Origin: Candidatus Melainabacteria bacterium 17Bon1m
GTDB lineage: Bacteria; Cyanobacteriota; Vampirovibrionia; Obscuribacterales; Obscuribacteraceae
DNA length: 64,000 bases
Direction of reading: 5' to 3'
NCBI GenBank assembly: GCA_032128875.1
Contig: JAVLKG010000006.1
Span: 1 to 64,000 of the forward strand
The position numbers and the translations under genes are program-made. The notes beneath the pieces were generated by a model that did not search any database, was not told the origin of the DNA, and saw only the letters and a program-made list of their open reading frames with translations. Shown here in pieces: positions 1 through 9,562 of the stretch. Each line of letters begins with the position of its first letter. Position 1 is the first letter of the stretch.

Positions 1-114
1 CGGGGGCGGCGTGGTTGGAGGCGGTGGCGGGGGTTGTGGTGGTTGTGGTGGTGGTGGTGGTGGTGGTGGTGGTGGTGGTGGTGGTGGTGGTGGCGGTGGT
101 GGCGGCGGTGGTGG
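1..114. repeat. (GGT/GGC)n trinucleotide tract encoding poly-Pro on the minus strand
   Basis: Directly visible; 23 consecutive Pro codons at 114-46. Confidence 0.95.
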
Positions 115-630
115 CTCTACAGGAACTTCAGGAACCGGGTCTGTGAACTCTACAGGCGGCGGAGTATATGGGACTTTCAGAAGAGGAAATGTATATGTTC
201 TGCTGTAGAAGATATCGTTGTTGTTTTGTTGTGCGCCGAAGATATTTAACGCGACAGGCACTCTGACTCGATTTCGAATAGTTACAACGACGTACGGAGA
301 ACCTGAAGGAGGATTAGTATTGTTTGGATTGTCTACCCAGCGAAAATCGGTGCTCGGAGTATTTGAGCCCATCACAGTTGGCTGTGTTACAAAGTTGCCG
401 TCGGTGGTGTGAGTCAGAGCGGCTTGTCTCGCAGCTCTCAAGCCTTGCGTCGCATCTGTACAATTGGCTGCTGCTCTAGCGGCGTCTCGGCCGGCGGCAT
501 CGAGGATAATGAATCCCCAAGTTACGGTAACAAGATTAAACGCAACTATCGCAAAAACGACGAGCAACACGCTGACGATTGCAATCTCAACGAGGACAAT
601 CCCTGATTTCCGTTTCGCTTTACGGTACAT
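1..630 (-). CDS. TadE-like pseudopilin with C-terminal poly-proline tract (3' end runs off the window; absent from the ORF track)
   Basis: Manual translation from ATG 630, preceded by AGGAG overlapping the upstream TAG: MYRKAKRKSG|IVLVEIAIVSVLLVVFAIVAF...DAAGRDAARAAA. Class III prepilin motif (G-1, E+5), TadE-type 'ARAAA' helix, frame open to position 1 and ending in P23-QPPQ-P6-TT-PPP. Confidence 0.8.
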   Translation of the reverse strand, partial: MYRKAKRKSGIVLVEIAIVSVLLVVFAIVAFNLVTVTWGFIILDAAGRDAARAAANCTDATQGLRAARQAALTHTTDGNFVTQPTVMGSNTPSTDFRWVDNPNNTNPPSGSPYVVVTIRNRVRVPVALNIFGAQQNNNDIFYSRTYTFPLLKVPYTPPPVEFTDPVPEVPVEPPPPPPPPPPPPPPPPPPPPPPPQPPQPPPPPPTTPPP

Positions 631-638
631 CCAATCTC

Positions 639-2525
639 CTATTGTTGAAGTACAACAAGGCTGCGTGCAATTGTTTGGAATGCCTGGTTGAGTTGCGCAG
701 AACTAGTGACGCGTACATATAGAGCACCATTACCAGAAAGTTTCGCGATTCCCTGATAAGAGCCACGAGAATCGCACAATAGCTGATCCTGAAATTGCAT
801 GATATCTGGATTCTGAGACAATCCAATTGTATAAATTGGGATATTCAAATTGCGGGCTCTGCTTGCCTGGTTCTTAGCGGCTGAAATTGCAGCCCCTTCA
901 TTCGTTGGTCTGTTAGGGATGCCGTCCGTAAACAGAACTACAGCTTTCTTTGCGCGTGGACGAGTTTTGGATGTGTTTTCTAAATCGTCCAGTGCCATCT
1001 TCAGTGCGTCTGCAATATTAGTTTTTCCAGTCGGACCCAATGGCTGCGTAGCACTACCAGTTCCTTGAGTTCTATCAATTACTTCCTGAAAATTGCTATC
1101 CGCTTGATTTAGAGTGACGAACGGAATTGGGAAAGTCTGGATACCTGCATGTGGCCAGTTGCCATCTGCATTGTGAGAAACCCCGGTATATGTACTGGTT
1201 GGCGAAGTCCCTGCTTCATCTGCGAATGTTTCCAAGCCAAAGTGCGCATTAGAACTCGTATTCATTGTGCGGAAGAAATTCTCTGCTGCGTTTCGGGCAT
1301 CTGCAATAGGCTGTGCTGTTTTTTGTACCTGACTCCAGTACGCCTTGTAATAACCAGCCTGAGGAGCAGGAAGGATCGGATTTACTGATACACCACCCTG
1401 GCTTTGCAGCAGAATTGATGCACTCTCCATGTTTCCCCTAGATGCTTCCACGCATGTTTCTATTCTAGAAAAATCGTAAGAGCCTACGCTTGGTACGCGC
1501 ACCACCATGTCGGTAAAGCCATTGCTGTAAACATTGGGATTTACGCCGTTACCGCTTGTGTTATTTCTGTCCCGTGGGTCGAAATTGCCGGGCGGCAATC
1601 CTTGCTCCGGAACAAGCGAGCCGAGGGGATATTGAGTTGCTGAAGCAGGTATTGGTGCTGGCAAACTTCCGGCCGGATAGGTCAACCGATTGCCACGCAA
1701 TCCTGCTATCAGGTTGGAAGCCGGGTACGGAGACTCTGAAAAAATCCAGGTGATCGAATTAGATGGTGAGCCGTATGCTGCATAAGAAAGGTTTTGAGGC
1801 TGCATCGCATTAAAGCCCGTACCTTCCTTAGGAGGCTTACACAGAGGAAAAATGGCGTTGCTTCCTCCAGGAGGAAAGGCGTAGGTCACGCCACTTGCTC
1901 CGCCCCATTGGCGGCGGACTAGGGTTACCGGCGTTTGATCGTCCATCGAGCCTGACACATCAAAGCACAAGAATAGGTCAAGCTGCGGCAACCCACCATC
2001 TGCGTATGCAGATGCTGTTTCTGTGAATCCCGTCGGAAAGAGACTGCTAGCAAAGGCTGCTCTGTCAGTGTATGTCGCTTCAACGCGCATCGTCACAGCA
2101 GTGGGACTGCCAGTAGGTTGCGGTACTCCATTTTGATCAAACAGTCGAATGTTTAAGATCGCGCTGTAGAGCGCAGGGGTGCTGTTGTCGAATCCTGAAT
2201 TCAAGTGCTTAGCTAAATTACCAGGATCAGAAAATCGCGTTCTCAGAATTGAATTTTGTTCAAAGGTTTGAGCTGCAACTGTCATCGCTAGCTCATGTTG
2301 TTGAGCTATTGTTCTGCCTGTTGGTGAGCTTGCGAGTGCAGCTGTTCCTGCCAATGCCGCGGAATCGGTGACTGATTGCAATTGGGCTTGCAGAAGTGTG
2401 AATCTCGCCAGCTCAAACCCGAAAATGCCGAGTGGGATGACGGCAAAAAAGGCGAGAAAAGCAACGAGGGCAACTGTGGTGACCCCTCTATCTCTTTTTC
2501 TCAGCTTACTCATAGTCACCATCAT
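639..2525 (-). CDS. TadG-like pilus-associated protein with vWA (MIDAS) domain
   Basis: Basic N-terminus RKRDRG then hydrophobic helix; 'LQSVTDSAALAG' Tad motif; vWA motifs DVSGSMD, GKTNI, VVLFTDG, IYTIGL; GGAGG RBS at about 2530-2534. Confidence 0.8.
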   Translation of the reverse strand: MMVTMSKLRKRDRGVTTVALVAFLAFFAVIPLGIFGFELARFTLLQAQLQSVTDSAALAGTAALASSPTGRTIAQQHELAMTVAAQTFEQNSILRTRFSDPGNLAKHLNSGFDNSTPALYSAILNIRLFDQNGVPQPTGSPTAVTMRVEATYTDRAAFASSLFPTGFTETASAYADGGLPQLDLFLCFDVSGSMDDQTPVTLVRRQWGGASGVTYAFPPGGSNAIFPLCKPPKEGTGFNAMQPQNLSYAAYGSPSNSITWIFSESPYPASNLIAGLRGNRLTYPAGSLPAPIPASATQYPLGSLVPEQGLPPGNFDPRDRNNTSGNGVNPNVYSNGFTDMVVRVPSVGSYDFSRIETCVEASRGNMESASILLQSQGGVSVNPILPAPQAGYYKAYWSQVQKTAQPIADARNAAENFFRTMNTSSNAHFGLETFADEAGTSPTSTYTGVSHNADGNWPHAGIQTFPIPFVTLNQADSNFQEVIDRTQGTGSATQPLGPTGKTNIADALKMALDDLENTSKTRPRAKKAVVLFTDGIPNRPTNEGAAISAAKNQASRARNLNIPIYTIGLSQNPDIMQFQDQLLCDSRGSYQGIAKLSGNGALYVRVTSSAQLNQAFQTIARSLVVLQQ

Positions 2526-2553
2526 CTAACCTCCAAAAAGGCGTAGAGCTTTC

Positions 2554-3075
2554 CTATTCAGTCAATCCATCAGCGTTTTCAACTAGAGCGTCATATCTCA
2601 AACGCAATCTGAATTGAGACGTTAGTCCTGGAATCTGTAAACCGAGATAACTTCCCATTCCGAAGAGTGGTGCTACTGTTCCGTTGCAGGTTTCTCTAAT
2701 GAAGTAAAGATTGTTCGAGGTAATTGAGTTTCGTGCCAATGGCCCGCTCACTGTGCTGGGGTTCGAACCACTAATTGGTTTGATAAGAATCCGAATCTGT
2801 TGAGTGCCGGAGATTTCTGTAAAGGCCGCGACGCTCTGATTGAAAGTTGTGTTTGCACGTGTGACTGCTTCGGTCCACGTTGGTGCTTTTGCCGCTTTAA
2901 TGCAGCTGTTGCGGCAAGCAAAGTAAAGAAGAGACGCACGGTATGTCACGGAAGCCAAGCAAATTAGAGGAATCGCGACGCCGACAAAAAGAAAGATCAT
3001 TCCAGCTGGCAATTCAGCCAGTGAATAGCCTTTACGTCCCTTTCTACGGGTCGAAATCTTACGCATGGATTGCAT
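2554..3075 (-). CDS. TadE/TadF-like pseudopilin
   Basis: RRKGRKG|YSLAE prepilin cleavage motif with E+5, then a hydrophobic helix; first gene of the Tad cluster. The start could be 3066. Confidence 0.65.
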   Translation of the reverse strand: MQSMRKISTRRKGRKGYSLAELPAGMIFLFVGVAIPLICLASVTYRASLLYFACRNSCIKAAKAPTWTEAVTRANTTFNQSVAAFTEISGTQQIRILIKPISGSNPSTVSGPLARNSITSNNLYFIRETCNGTVAPLFGMGSYLGLQIPGLTSQFRLRLRYDALVENADGLTE

Positions 3076-3279
3076 GGGTTGACCGGCGCTATGTTTAGTA
3101 AATTCGGTGCAAGATCACTAAATGTAATTGTTCTATGCCCCGACGTCAAATAAGTTATAACGCTCTGTAGATATTCAAGGTTTAGCTCGTGGCTTCCTTC
3201 GGTAAGAAAGGACTAGGATTTAGCATAGGTGCCTTGCTTCGGCGCAGAGTCGGATAACTTTGGAGTGGGTCGAAAATTC

Positions 3280-6200
3280 ATGGCAAGAACGCCTAACGAA
3301 GGCACATCCAAAAGTAAGAAGCCAATCTCTCGAAGGAGATTACCGGACGAGCTAGCACAAGATCCGACCAGTATTTTTTTCGCCGCGGTTCGTCACACTC
3401 AGCCCGAAGCTCTTGCAGAATTGGCACGAATTTGCCAAATGCAAACAAAGCTTGCGCCCGAAGCGGCACCGCCAGTTGTATTGGAGCATGACAAAGGCAC
3501 TGTCATGCAAGCTATGGAACTTCTTAGGGCCGGACAGAGTGCGGCGCCAATTATTGGAGAGGTCGATTCTTCAGAGTTCGAGACAGCTGAATACCCTGCA
3601 TTGTTACCGAGTGGTCACCATTCACCCGGTCTAAAATCAGGTCGAATTATTGCAGAAGAAGACGTTCCGAAAGAAGAGTCTTCTGTGCCGATCGACCTTG
3701 ATGCACCTGCCGAAGAAGAGGCGGAGACCATCGAGTTGGAAGCTCCACCGATTGGCGATGAGCCCGAAACTAGCTTTCACGAATTGAAACTTTTAGAGGC
3801 CATGGAAACAGAATCGGAAGCAGAACCAATCGAATTGGAACTGTCCGAGGCTGATTTAGACGCTGAGTTTGAACCGGTGATGCATGATCTGTCCGAGTCG
3901 AAAGCTGAGGAGGAGCTTGGTGACGAAGCGGAAACTAATGGAGATGCAGAGGCTAGTGGCGAAGCTCTGGGTGTATCCGAAGTGGCTAATGCTGAGGTGA
4001 ATGCCGAAGGAGCCGAGGAGGCTACCGCGGTAGAAGAGACGTACGAATTAGGTCATTTAGAGGATTTCACTCCGGAGTCCGATGGGTCTCCCTCTAAGTC
4101 GAATGAAGAATCAAAAACACGTGAGACTGTGGCTGCTCCGAATGTTGATGAGGCGACCGACAACCACGCAACGACTGATGCCGGTGCGGCAAGTGACGAA
4201 GCTACCGATCAAATATCGGGCGCTGCACCAAAGGATTTGCCTGCTAAGAGTGGTCCCGTTAAGAAAGCGCCTCTTCGAATCGAGGCAGCGCCAGCTTCCC
4301 CGAAGTCGGAGATAAAGCAGATCTCCGAACCCGCCATCGAGTCAATTCCAGGCGCCTTTGACAAAGGTATCAACGATGAGTTCAAAGGTGTCTACGAGAA
4401 GGCCATCCAGCGCGGCAGTGTTTTCGATGCTAAACACAGAGATGCCTTTTCGTCTGAGTCTGAAAAGAAGGTGCGCTCTTCCTACCTGGGTCTCAAGGCA
4501 ATTACTTTCGAAGAAGCTTTGACTCAACAAGAAGAGAAAGACCCTTCAATACTTAGATCTCAATCGCAAAACATGATTACGCTCGAATTACCAGCGTCAC
4601 CAACTGAGAAAGCTCAGGCTGTTTGGGCCGTTGTCGACAAATTACACACCACTCCAGTAATCATTACCGCCTCGATAATTTGTCTTGCTTTTCTTGGATT
4701 CTTTATTGGCGGTCTATGTCAGGGTGAAGGACTTCTTCAAGAAGGCGAAAAGCTTTTTCAAGCAAAGAAATACAATGAGGCGATCAAAGTTCTATCTAGT
4801 TCAATCACTCTCAATCCAATGAGGGCGCATACTCTCTTCGTTAGAGGACGTGCTTATAACAAGATCGGTGAGCAGGGCAAAGCCATTGATGATTTCACTC
4901 GCTCGTTGAGCATCAATCCCAGTAATATAGACGCCCTTGATCACAGAGCTTCATGCTATATGAAGTCTGGAAAATTCGATAAAGCTCTTGCTGATTACCG
5001 CAGAATATTTGAACTTCAGCCTAACGAGCAAGTTGCATACCGCTACAATAACGCTGCTTTCGCTGCATGTCGGGGCGGTAAATTTGACGACGCGATGGCG
5101 TTCTATGACAAGGCCTTGAAAGTTTCTCCAGCAGATCCGAATGCGCTTATTGGCAAGGCTCAATGCGAAGTTGGGCTTGGACATTACGGAAAAGCGATTG
5201 TCTTGTGCGAAGAAATCATCGAGAAAGACCCTAACCCCGACGAAGCAATTGTCACTCGCGGTTGGTGCTACATGTTGTTGAAACGTTATGATGCAGCTCT
5301 GGCTGATTTCAATCGTGTAATTGGCAGCAATCCCAAGAATGCAAAAGCTCTCTTCAATCGCGGTTTACTTGCCTTTAATCGTGGAGATCTTGTGCAAGCT
5401 CTGAAAGACTACAATGCTGCTATTGCTGTGGATTCTGGCTTTACTGAAGCGCGAGTCGCTCGTGGTTGGGCGACCATAAATACCAATCCGCAAGTAGCAC
5501 TTTCCGATTTCCGACAGGCTACCAATTCTTCTCAATTCGGAAGGAAAGTGGAAATCTGGACTGCCCGTGCTGACTTAGAATCTCAGGTCGGCAAAAAACT
5601 CGAAGCTGCCAGTTCCTATCGAAAGACCATCAATCTGGCTAGTTCTGTCGAGCCGAAAGCTTTGCCATCGTTGTATGTGAAAATTGCAGCGGTATTGAAT
5701 GAATTAAGACAATTTGATGAGGCGATAGAAGCATCCAATAAAGCGTTGGCGATTGACGCGAAAAACCCACTCGCTCTCACCAATAGGGGGCGAGCAAATG
5801 AAGGTTTGGGCAACGGAATCTCAGGTTTAGCGGACTTCTCTGCCGCGCTATCCGTTGCACCAGCGACTGCTGACGCATTGTGGTATCGCGCGCAGCACTA
5901 TAGTAAAGCCGGTGAATATCACTCAGCGCAAAAAGATTTGAAAGACTATTTGACTGTCAGACCCGGTGATAAGAGCGCTCAAAAGATGTTGTCCGCTGTC
6001 AGTAGTCGGACGCAGCATACAACTACAGTGGTCGAAACAGGCTTAGAGAAAAGAAGCAAGAAATATCGCGCGGTTCCCTTTGAAGAACTGGTTGCTTCCG
6101 GGCTGAAGGAATTGAACGCTGGGCGTACCGAAACCGCTGCAGAAATGCTTCAAGAGGCTGTACGCAAAAATCCATCCGATGTTACTGCAAGACGATATCT

Positions 6201-6582
6201 CTGTCATGCTCTCGTCCGTGAAGATCCAAAGGCTTCCGTAGTTCAATTCGATGTGTTGAGATCAGCAATCTCTTTGCCGCCGGATGATGAGCGTAGTTAC
6301 CGACATGCGTTATCCCTTGCTGCCACAGGTACTCTTGTCGAAGCTGCAGCAATAGATAAAGCGTTGAAAACTGTTTCCGAAGACCCAGGCAACGGTCAGG
6401 CGTGCTACAAATTATCCACGCTGTATGCTGCAGCTGGTATCCTTTCCAAAGCTGCACACTACTGCCAGTCGGGATTGGCTTCTGCTAAGAACCCTGCCGA
6501 GACGAAACGATTTCAGGATTTGTATCAGAAACTGAACAAGCAGAATATCGAAGGAGAACACAAAGAGGACATCGAGGGCTAG
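3280..6582 (+). CDS. Large membrane-anchored TPR protein with long acidic disordered N-terminal region
   Basis: Glu/Asp/Ala/Pro-rich N-terminal half, one TM helix (VIITASIICLAFLGFFIGGL), then many TPR units (e.g. LFVRGRAYNKIGEQGKAIDDFTRSLSINP). ATG 3280 preferred over GTG 3229. Confidence 0.85.
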   Translation: MARTPNEGTSKSKKPISRRRLPDELAQDPTSIFFAAVRHTQPEALAELARICQMQTKLAPEAAPPVVLEHDKGTVMQAMELLRAGQSAAPIIGEVDSSEFETAEYPALLPSGHHSPGLKSGRIIAEEDVPKEESSVPIDLDAPAEEEAETIELEAPPIGDEPETSFHELKLLEAMETESEAEPIELELSEADLDAEFEPVMHDLSESKAEEELGDEAETNGDAEASGEALGVSEVANAEVNAEGAEEATAVEETYELGHLEDFTPESDGSPSKSNEESKTRETVAAPNVDEATDNHATTDAGAASDEATDQISGAAPKDLPAKSGPVKKAPLRIEAAPASPKSEIKQISEPAIESIPGAFDKGINDEFKGVYEKAIQRGSVFDAKHRDAFSSESEKKVRSSYLGLKAITFEEALTQQEEKDPSILRSQSQNMITLELPASPTEKAQAVWAVVDKLHTTPVIITASIICLAFLGFFIGGLCQGEGLLQEGEKLFQAKKYNEAIKVLSSSITLNPMRAHTLFVRGRAYNKIGEQGKAIDDFTRSLSINPSNIDALDHRASCYMKSGKFDKALADYRRIFELQPNEQVAYRYNNAAFAACRGGKFDDAMAFYDKALKVSPADPNALIGKAQCEVGLGHYGKAIVLCEEIIEKDPNPDEAIVTRGWCYMLLKRYDAALADFNRVIGSNPKNAKALFNRGLLAFNRGDLVQALKDYNAAIAVDSGFTEARVARGWATINTNPQVALSDFRQATNSSQFGRKVEIWTARADLESQVGKKLEAASSYRKTINLASSVEPKALPSLYVKIAAVLNELRQFDEAIEASNKALAIDAKNPLALTNRGRANEGLGNGISGLADFSAALSVAPATADALWYRAQHYSKAGEYHSAQKDLKDYLTVRPGDKSAQKMLSAVSSRTQHTTTVVETGLEKRSKKYRAVPFEELVASGLKELNAGRTETAAEMLQEAVRKNPSDVTARRYLCHALVREDPKASVVQFDVLRSAISLPPDDERSYRHALSLAATGTLVEAAAIDKALKTVSEDPGNGQACYKLSTLYAAAGILSKAAHYCQSGLASAKNPAETKRFQDLYQKLNKQNIEGEHKEDIEG

Positions 6583-6606
6583 ATTTCTCTTCGACGTTCG
6601 CATTGT

Positions 6607-7173
6607 ATGGATGAGCAAACGACGAGCACGAAGACCAAAGCTTTCGAAGTTTGCATTTCGCTCTTTGTAAGCGTCTACTTTTTTCTCGTTCTTTTGTGGT
6701 TTACACCAGAATCAGTATTCAAATCTCGAGTTTTTACGCCAATTTACACCGCTTGGCTTTTCTTTGATTTGAATCAAAGTTGGTCGCTTTTTTCGCCGAC
6801 TATTAGACAGCTGAATTATTACCCCAGTGCAATCGTCACGTTTGAGGACGGTTCGAAAACTTTGTGGGAACCGCCATTAATGGACAAGATCGGATTGGTA
6901 GAACGGATGCAGAGAGAAAAATTCCGAAAGTGGTCTATTGATTCTTTGCCTTGGGACAAATTCAAGTACTACTGGGTCGACTTCGCTAAGTATGTAGGCC
7001 GTCAGTATTACAACGAAACCAATAAGCCTGTCTCAATTTCGTTGAATTTACGTTGGATTGAATTACCAAATCCAACTGAGAAATTCTACAGGCAAAGTGA
7101 ATTGCCTCCTTGCACCAAATTTAGTACCAGTTTTTGTTACAGATATTCGAAAGAGGATTTTCAGTGTCACTAA
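6607..7173 (+). CDS. Membrane protein, SdpA/DUF5819-like partner of an HTTM protein
   Basis: N-terminal TM helix; 'QSWSLFSP' resembles the QxWxLFAP motif of DUF5819/SdpA-like proteins; overlaps the start of the HTTM gene. Confidence 0.6.
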   Translation: MDEQTTSTKTKAFEVCISLFVSVYFFLVLLWFTPESVFKSRVFTPIYTAWLFFDLNQSWSLFSPTIRQLNYYPSAIVTFEDGSKTLWEPPLMDKIGLVERMQREKFRKWSIDSLPWDKFKYYWVDFAKYVGRQYYNETNKPVSISLNLRWIELPNPTEKFYRQSELPPCTKFSTSFCYRYSKEDFQCH

Positions 7174-8117
7174 CGGTGCTGTGGAGAGCTTGGAGAGAAT
7201 TCTGGTTTCACCCTGTGATGCCAGAATCCATCGCACTTTTCCGAATCCTATTCGGATTGCTGGTGTTGCAAGTTCTTGTGATTAGCATCGGTGGTGATTT
7301 TCTCAACTGGTATGGTCACGACGCCATCATCTTGAATGAAACCGTTAGGCGACATTTCTGGAACTATCAACCAAGGTTTGACCTGCTTCTCGCATTCGGA
7401 AGCGACACTGCTCTTCAAAGCTACTTCTACTCCGTAGTGATTGCCACTGTTTTCATGACTATGGGATTTTGCACGCGAATGTCGTGCATTTACGTCGCTC
7501 TTTCGCTGATTTCCATGCATCACCATAATCCATTCAACATCAATGGTGGCGATGCATTTGTTCGTTTAATGGTTATGTACCTGTGTTTTTCCAACTGTGG
7601 CGACTGCTATTCGATCGACAGGTGGCTCTCTCAAAAGCGTGCCCGTAAGCCTGTTCCGATTGTTGCTAAACCCGGGTGGGCATTGCGAATGATTCAAATT
7701 CAAATTGCGATCGTATATTTTCACACCTTTGTTTGTAAGGTGAATGGTCAACAGTGGTGGGACGGGACCGCTGTTTATTTCGCAACTAGACTGGAAGATT
7801 TGATGCGTTTGAGAATGCCTCTCTTCGACAGTCTGTTTTTTTGCAAACTGCTTTCCTGGTACACACTTGTTGTTGAAGGTGCGATGTTTACTCTTGTATG
7901 GATAAAAGAGTTGCGATATTTCGTACTCGCATCTGCTGTGATACTGCATCTCGGAATAGACTTTGCCATCAATTTGCCCGTGTTCGAATGGGCTTTCATT
8001 TTTTCTCTAGTGTCATTCGTTGATCCCGAAGATATTCGAAAGCTGCACATTCGTATTTTGAATTCACTGAATCCAAGTAAGGCTGCCGCAGAAAGTCAGT
8101 CGGCGGATCCAGCTTGA
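7164..8117 (+). CDS. HTTM-domain membrane protein (SdpB / vitamin K-dependent carboxylase-like fold)
   Basis: 'ESIALFRILFG', 'NGGD', 'YSIDRW', 'QIAIVYFHTFVCKVNGQQWWDGTA', 'LHLGIDF' HTTM motifs; multiple TM helices. GTG 7164 after GAGGA. Confidence 0.85.
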   Translation: MSLTVLWRAWREFWFHPVMPESIALFRILFGLLVLQVLVISIGGDFLNWYGHDAIILNETVRRHFWNYQPRFDLLLAFGSDTALQSYFYSVVIATVFMTMGFCTRMSCIYVALSLISMHHHNPFNINGGDAFVRLMVMYLCFSNCGDCYSIDRWLSQKRARKPVPIVAKPGWALRMIQIQIAIVYFHTFVCKVNGQQWWDGTAVYFATRLEDLMRLRMPLFDSLFFCKLLSWYTLVVEGAMFTLVWIKELRYFVLASAVILHLGIDFAINLPVFEWAFIFSLVSFVDPEDIRKLHIRILNSLNPSKAAAESQSADPA

Positions 8118-8122
8118 TTGCT

Positions 8123-9562
8123 CTAATTGCTTATATCCGGCCAGCTCATGATTTGGCGGTCGTCGATGTTTTTGAAGGCGTCGCCTTTGCCTCGTTTGAA
8201 TTTGTCTTTCATCAGCACGTCAGAGAGTTTCAATGCCGTCGCGCGAAGCTCAACCGGCTTTGCCGGCTGAACAATCGTTGCTGAGACTTCGGTCTTGCGC
8301 ACCAGGCTCTCTTCCAGCTTTGCAAGGCGCAGCTTTTGCTGTTCTGCTCTTGCTTCTACCAACATCTTTTGAGCCAAGACAGAGGCGTCCGTACTCAACT
8401 TTGTGAATGCATCTTCTTTAGCGTTTTGCATTGCCAGTAATTTTTCTCTAGCCTCGCGCCGGGCTTTTACAATCGCTAGCATCCGGCGAAAGTCCCAGGA
8501 CATAGTAAAGTTCCAACCTTCGATAGGAGGATTAGCAGGGAATTTCAGGATACGCGAGCCATTCAGATCTCGTATGGTTTCTAGCAAGCAGCGATTGAGA
8601 TTGTCATTACTGGTGGTGGCAAAAATACAGCCGCGCAAACGTCCATTCTTGTCTACGCTGAATACAATCGACGTTGCACCGCGCGTTTCATCTTTTGCAT
8701 ATTCTTCCAGATGGTGCAACAGAATAAACTGGAAAGCCCGTCTGTACCGGCTTATCCAGAAATCCCACTCGCGCGAATCGGGCGGTGTGGATGGATACAT
8801 ACGAATACGATCATCGTGGCTAGCCCACTTACTCGTATCCATTTTTTGACACTTCTCGACGATGTCTTCGAGATCCGCCATTGAAATGCTTTTATACGGA
8901 TGCCACCCGGAGGGAGTGTTTTTCTCTCCTTGTTTGTGGACTAAATTGATAATGCGCTTGCGCCCGTCTTTATAGAGTTTTTTGATGTTTTCAGCAAGAT
9001 TGGGCATGGCAATAGGAAGCCAGAAAGGCATCGCGGTCGAAGGATCGCTATTTAAATCAAATCCTGAGCTATTGCCAGTTGAGGTTGCAGGCCTAGGTGC
9101 AGGCGTGCCACCAAAAAAACGCGTAGTGCTATCGACGGCATTATTCCACATCGACTCAAACCAGTTTGCTGCGGGCTTTTTAATTGCCGCTGCAGAGCTG
9201 CTTTTACCTGATGCGCCTTGAGCTGCTGTTTTAATTCCGGCATCGACTACGCCTTGTGGAATTAGGCGAAATGCCATCTCAAATTCTTGCAGAGCCTGTT
9301 TGTCATAGCCTTGTTTTTCGAGGATCTTGCCCATGTATTGGTGCGCAACTCCACTGTCAGGATGTTCGCGAAGGTCACGCTGTAAGAGTTGCGCAGCTTC
9401 CTCGAGTCGACCTTGTGAATACAACTCGACTGCCTGTCTCATCACGTCGCTGGATTGAGCGAAAGCCGCCGGAATGAAAATCGCAGGCGTGGAAACAATT
9501 CCGGTCATAAGCGATACGACCAGTGCACCTGCAGTTATTTCTCTCTTGAGCAGCGTGCTCAT
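8123..9562 (-). CDS. Exported protein with N-terminal TPR and a TonB C-terminal-like domain
   Basis: Signal peptide ending about AFA|Q; TPR pair (HPDSGVAHQYMGKILEKQG); 'SIVFSVDKNGRL...SNDNLNRCLLETIRDL...KFP' resembles TonB_C/TonB_2. Confidence 0.55.
   Translation of the reverse strand: MSTLLKREITAGALVVSLMTGIVSTPAIFIPAAFAQSSDVMRQAVELYSQGRLEEAAQLLQRDLREHPDSGVAHQYMGKILEKQGYDKQALQEFEMAFRLIPQGVVDAGIKTAAQGASGKSSSAAAIKKPAANWFESMWNNAVDSTTRFFGGTPAPRPATSTGNSSGFDLNSDPSTAMPFWLPIAMPNLAENIKKLYKDGRKRIINLVHKQGEKNTPSGWHPYKSISMADLEDIVEKCQKMDTSKWASHDDRIRMYPSTPPDSREWDFWISRYRRAFQFILLHHLEEYAKDETRGATSIVFSVDKNGRLRGCIFATTSNDNLNRCLLETIRDLNGSRILKFPANPPIEGWNFTMSWDFRRMLAIVKARREAREKLLAMQNAKEDAFTKLSTDASVLAQKMLVEARAEQQKLRLAKLEESLVRKTEVSATIVQPAKPVELRATALKLSDVLMKDKFKRGKGDAFKNIDDRQIMSWPDISN

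Noticed and set aside
11-249. Plus-strand poly-Gly and poly-Trp ORFs
   Set aside because: They are shadows of the GGT repeat; the minus-strand frame has an RBS, a prepilin motif and operon context.
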